Below, one piece after another: positions 63,846 through 64,000 of a stretch of DNA of 64,000 nucleotides. This DNA is from Patescibacteria group bacterium. GTDB taxonomy: Bacteria > Patescibacteriota > Patescibacteriia > Buchananbacterales > UBA6539. Numbering within the stretch: position 1 is the first letter of the stretch; every line of letters starts with the position of its first letter. The stretch is from NCBI GenBank assembly GCA_028688055.1, contig JAQTYZ010000001.1:178910-242909 (forward strand). The letters are read 5' to 3'. The notes beneath the pieces were generated by a model. That model ran no database searches. It saw only the letters and a list, made by a program, of their open reading frames with translations, and was not told where the DNA came from. The translations under genes and the position numbers were made by a program.

Positions 63846-64000
63846 GTTCCTTTAAAGTTTGTTGCCACATCTCAAGTGCTAGGCTTGGCGGCAATTTTAC
63901 ATCAGCGAACGTGACCATTTTATTATGGTCTACTTTTTTGATAAATTCCGCATTGGCCAGCAAACCAATTGGTACCGCGTTTGGATAGTCGGCAATTTTT
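63832..64000 (-). CDS. 3' end of an upstream gene continuing beyond the window, unknown function
   Basis: Minus-strand frame open for all 56 codons to the window edge (... KVDHNKMVTFADVKLPPSLALEMWQQTLKELGYE-stop), overlapping the GT2 start by 8 nt. Confidence 0.3.
   Translation of the reverse strand, partial: KIADYPNAVPIGLLANAEFIKKVDHNKMVTFADVKLPPSLALEMWQQTLKELGYE

Noticed and set aside
1-64000. CRISPR arrays, rRNA genes, IS elements, integrases
   Set aside because: No regularly spaced direct repeats with unique spacers and no rRNA-like conserved blocks were seen in any intergenic region. No ORF showed DDE transposase, tyrosine recombinase (R..H..R..Y) or serine recombinase motifs.

Overview
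The window is a gene-dense, low-GC (about 40% judged by eye, not computed) bacterial chromosome segment with many short genes. Its style resembles a reduced-genome Gram-positive-like or CPR/Patescibacteria-type organism; this is inference, not a database result. There is no rRNA, no CRISPR array, no transposase and no integrase. The housekeeping genes I recognise, in order, are: SecA C-terminus; a nucleotide house-cleaning/salvage cluster (cupin, three NUDIX, N-deoxyribosyltransferase-like, MazG-like, asparaginase N-domain, VOC, Fpg/MutM); UppP, a sugar-1-phosphate nucleotidyltransferase, MltG and a UMP-kinase-like protein; rplJ-rplL with a leader attenuator; the dcw core mraZ-rsmH-ftsL-like-ftsI-murF, preceded by a near-consensus promoter and three 10-bp-phased AGTGG direct repeats (MraZ-box-like); cysS; a GT28 lipid glycosyltransferase; corA; prmC, prfA and rpmE; the heat-shock operon hrcA-grpE-hsp20-dnaK-dnaJ with a perfect CIRCE operator; tRNA-Glu(CUC); a cyclophilin; a complete pentose-phosphate operon containing two unusual fusions (Zwf-Gnd and RpiB-Rpe) plus tkt and tal; and a minus-strand surface-glycan locus of four GT2, a polysaccharide deacetylase, two GT-C-like membrane proteins and a secreted hydrolase-like protein. 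The less ordinary items are: (1) several small compositionally foreign inserts in conserved operons, namely GC-rich genes for Cys-rich putative zinc-ribbon proteins (23829-24104, 30443-30886, both with a CCVC motif), a GC-rich antisense ACP-like carrier gene between hsp20 and dnaK, and other GC-elevated orphan ORFs; (2) a strongly AT-rich 530-aa P-loop ATPase with foreign codon usage next to tRNA-Glu and a 17-nt direct repeat of the tRNA 3' end, a candidate defense/island gene; (3) an operon with a TrwB/VirD4/FtsK-superfamily ATPase and a membrane-anchored SAM methyltransferase; (4) an FMN-binding protein, an ApbE flavin transferase and a membrane FNR-like reductase, forming a flavinylation-dependent extracytosolic electron-transfer module. 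All functional calls rest on motifs read by eye from the translations; I could not run searches.
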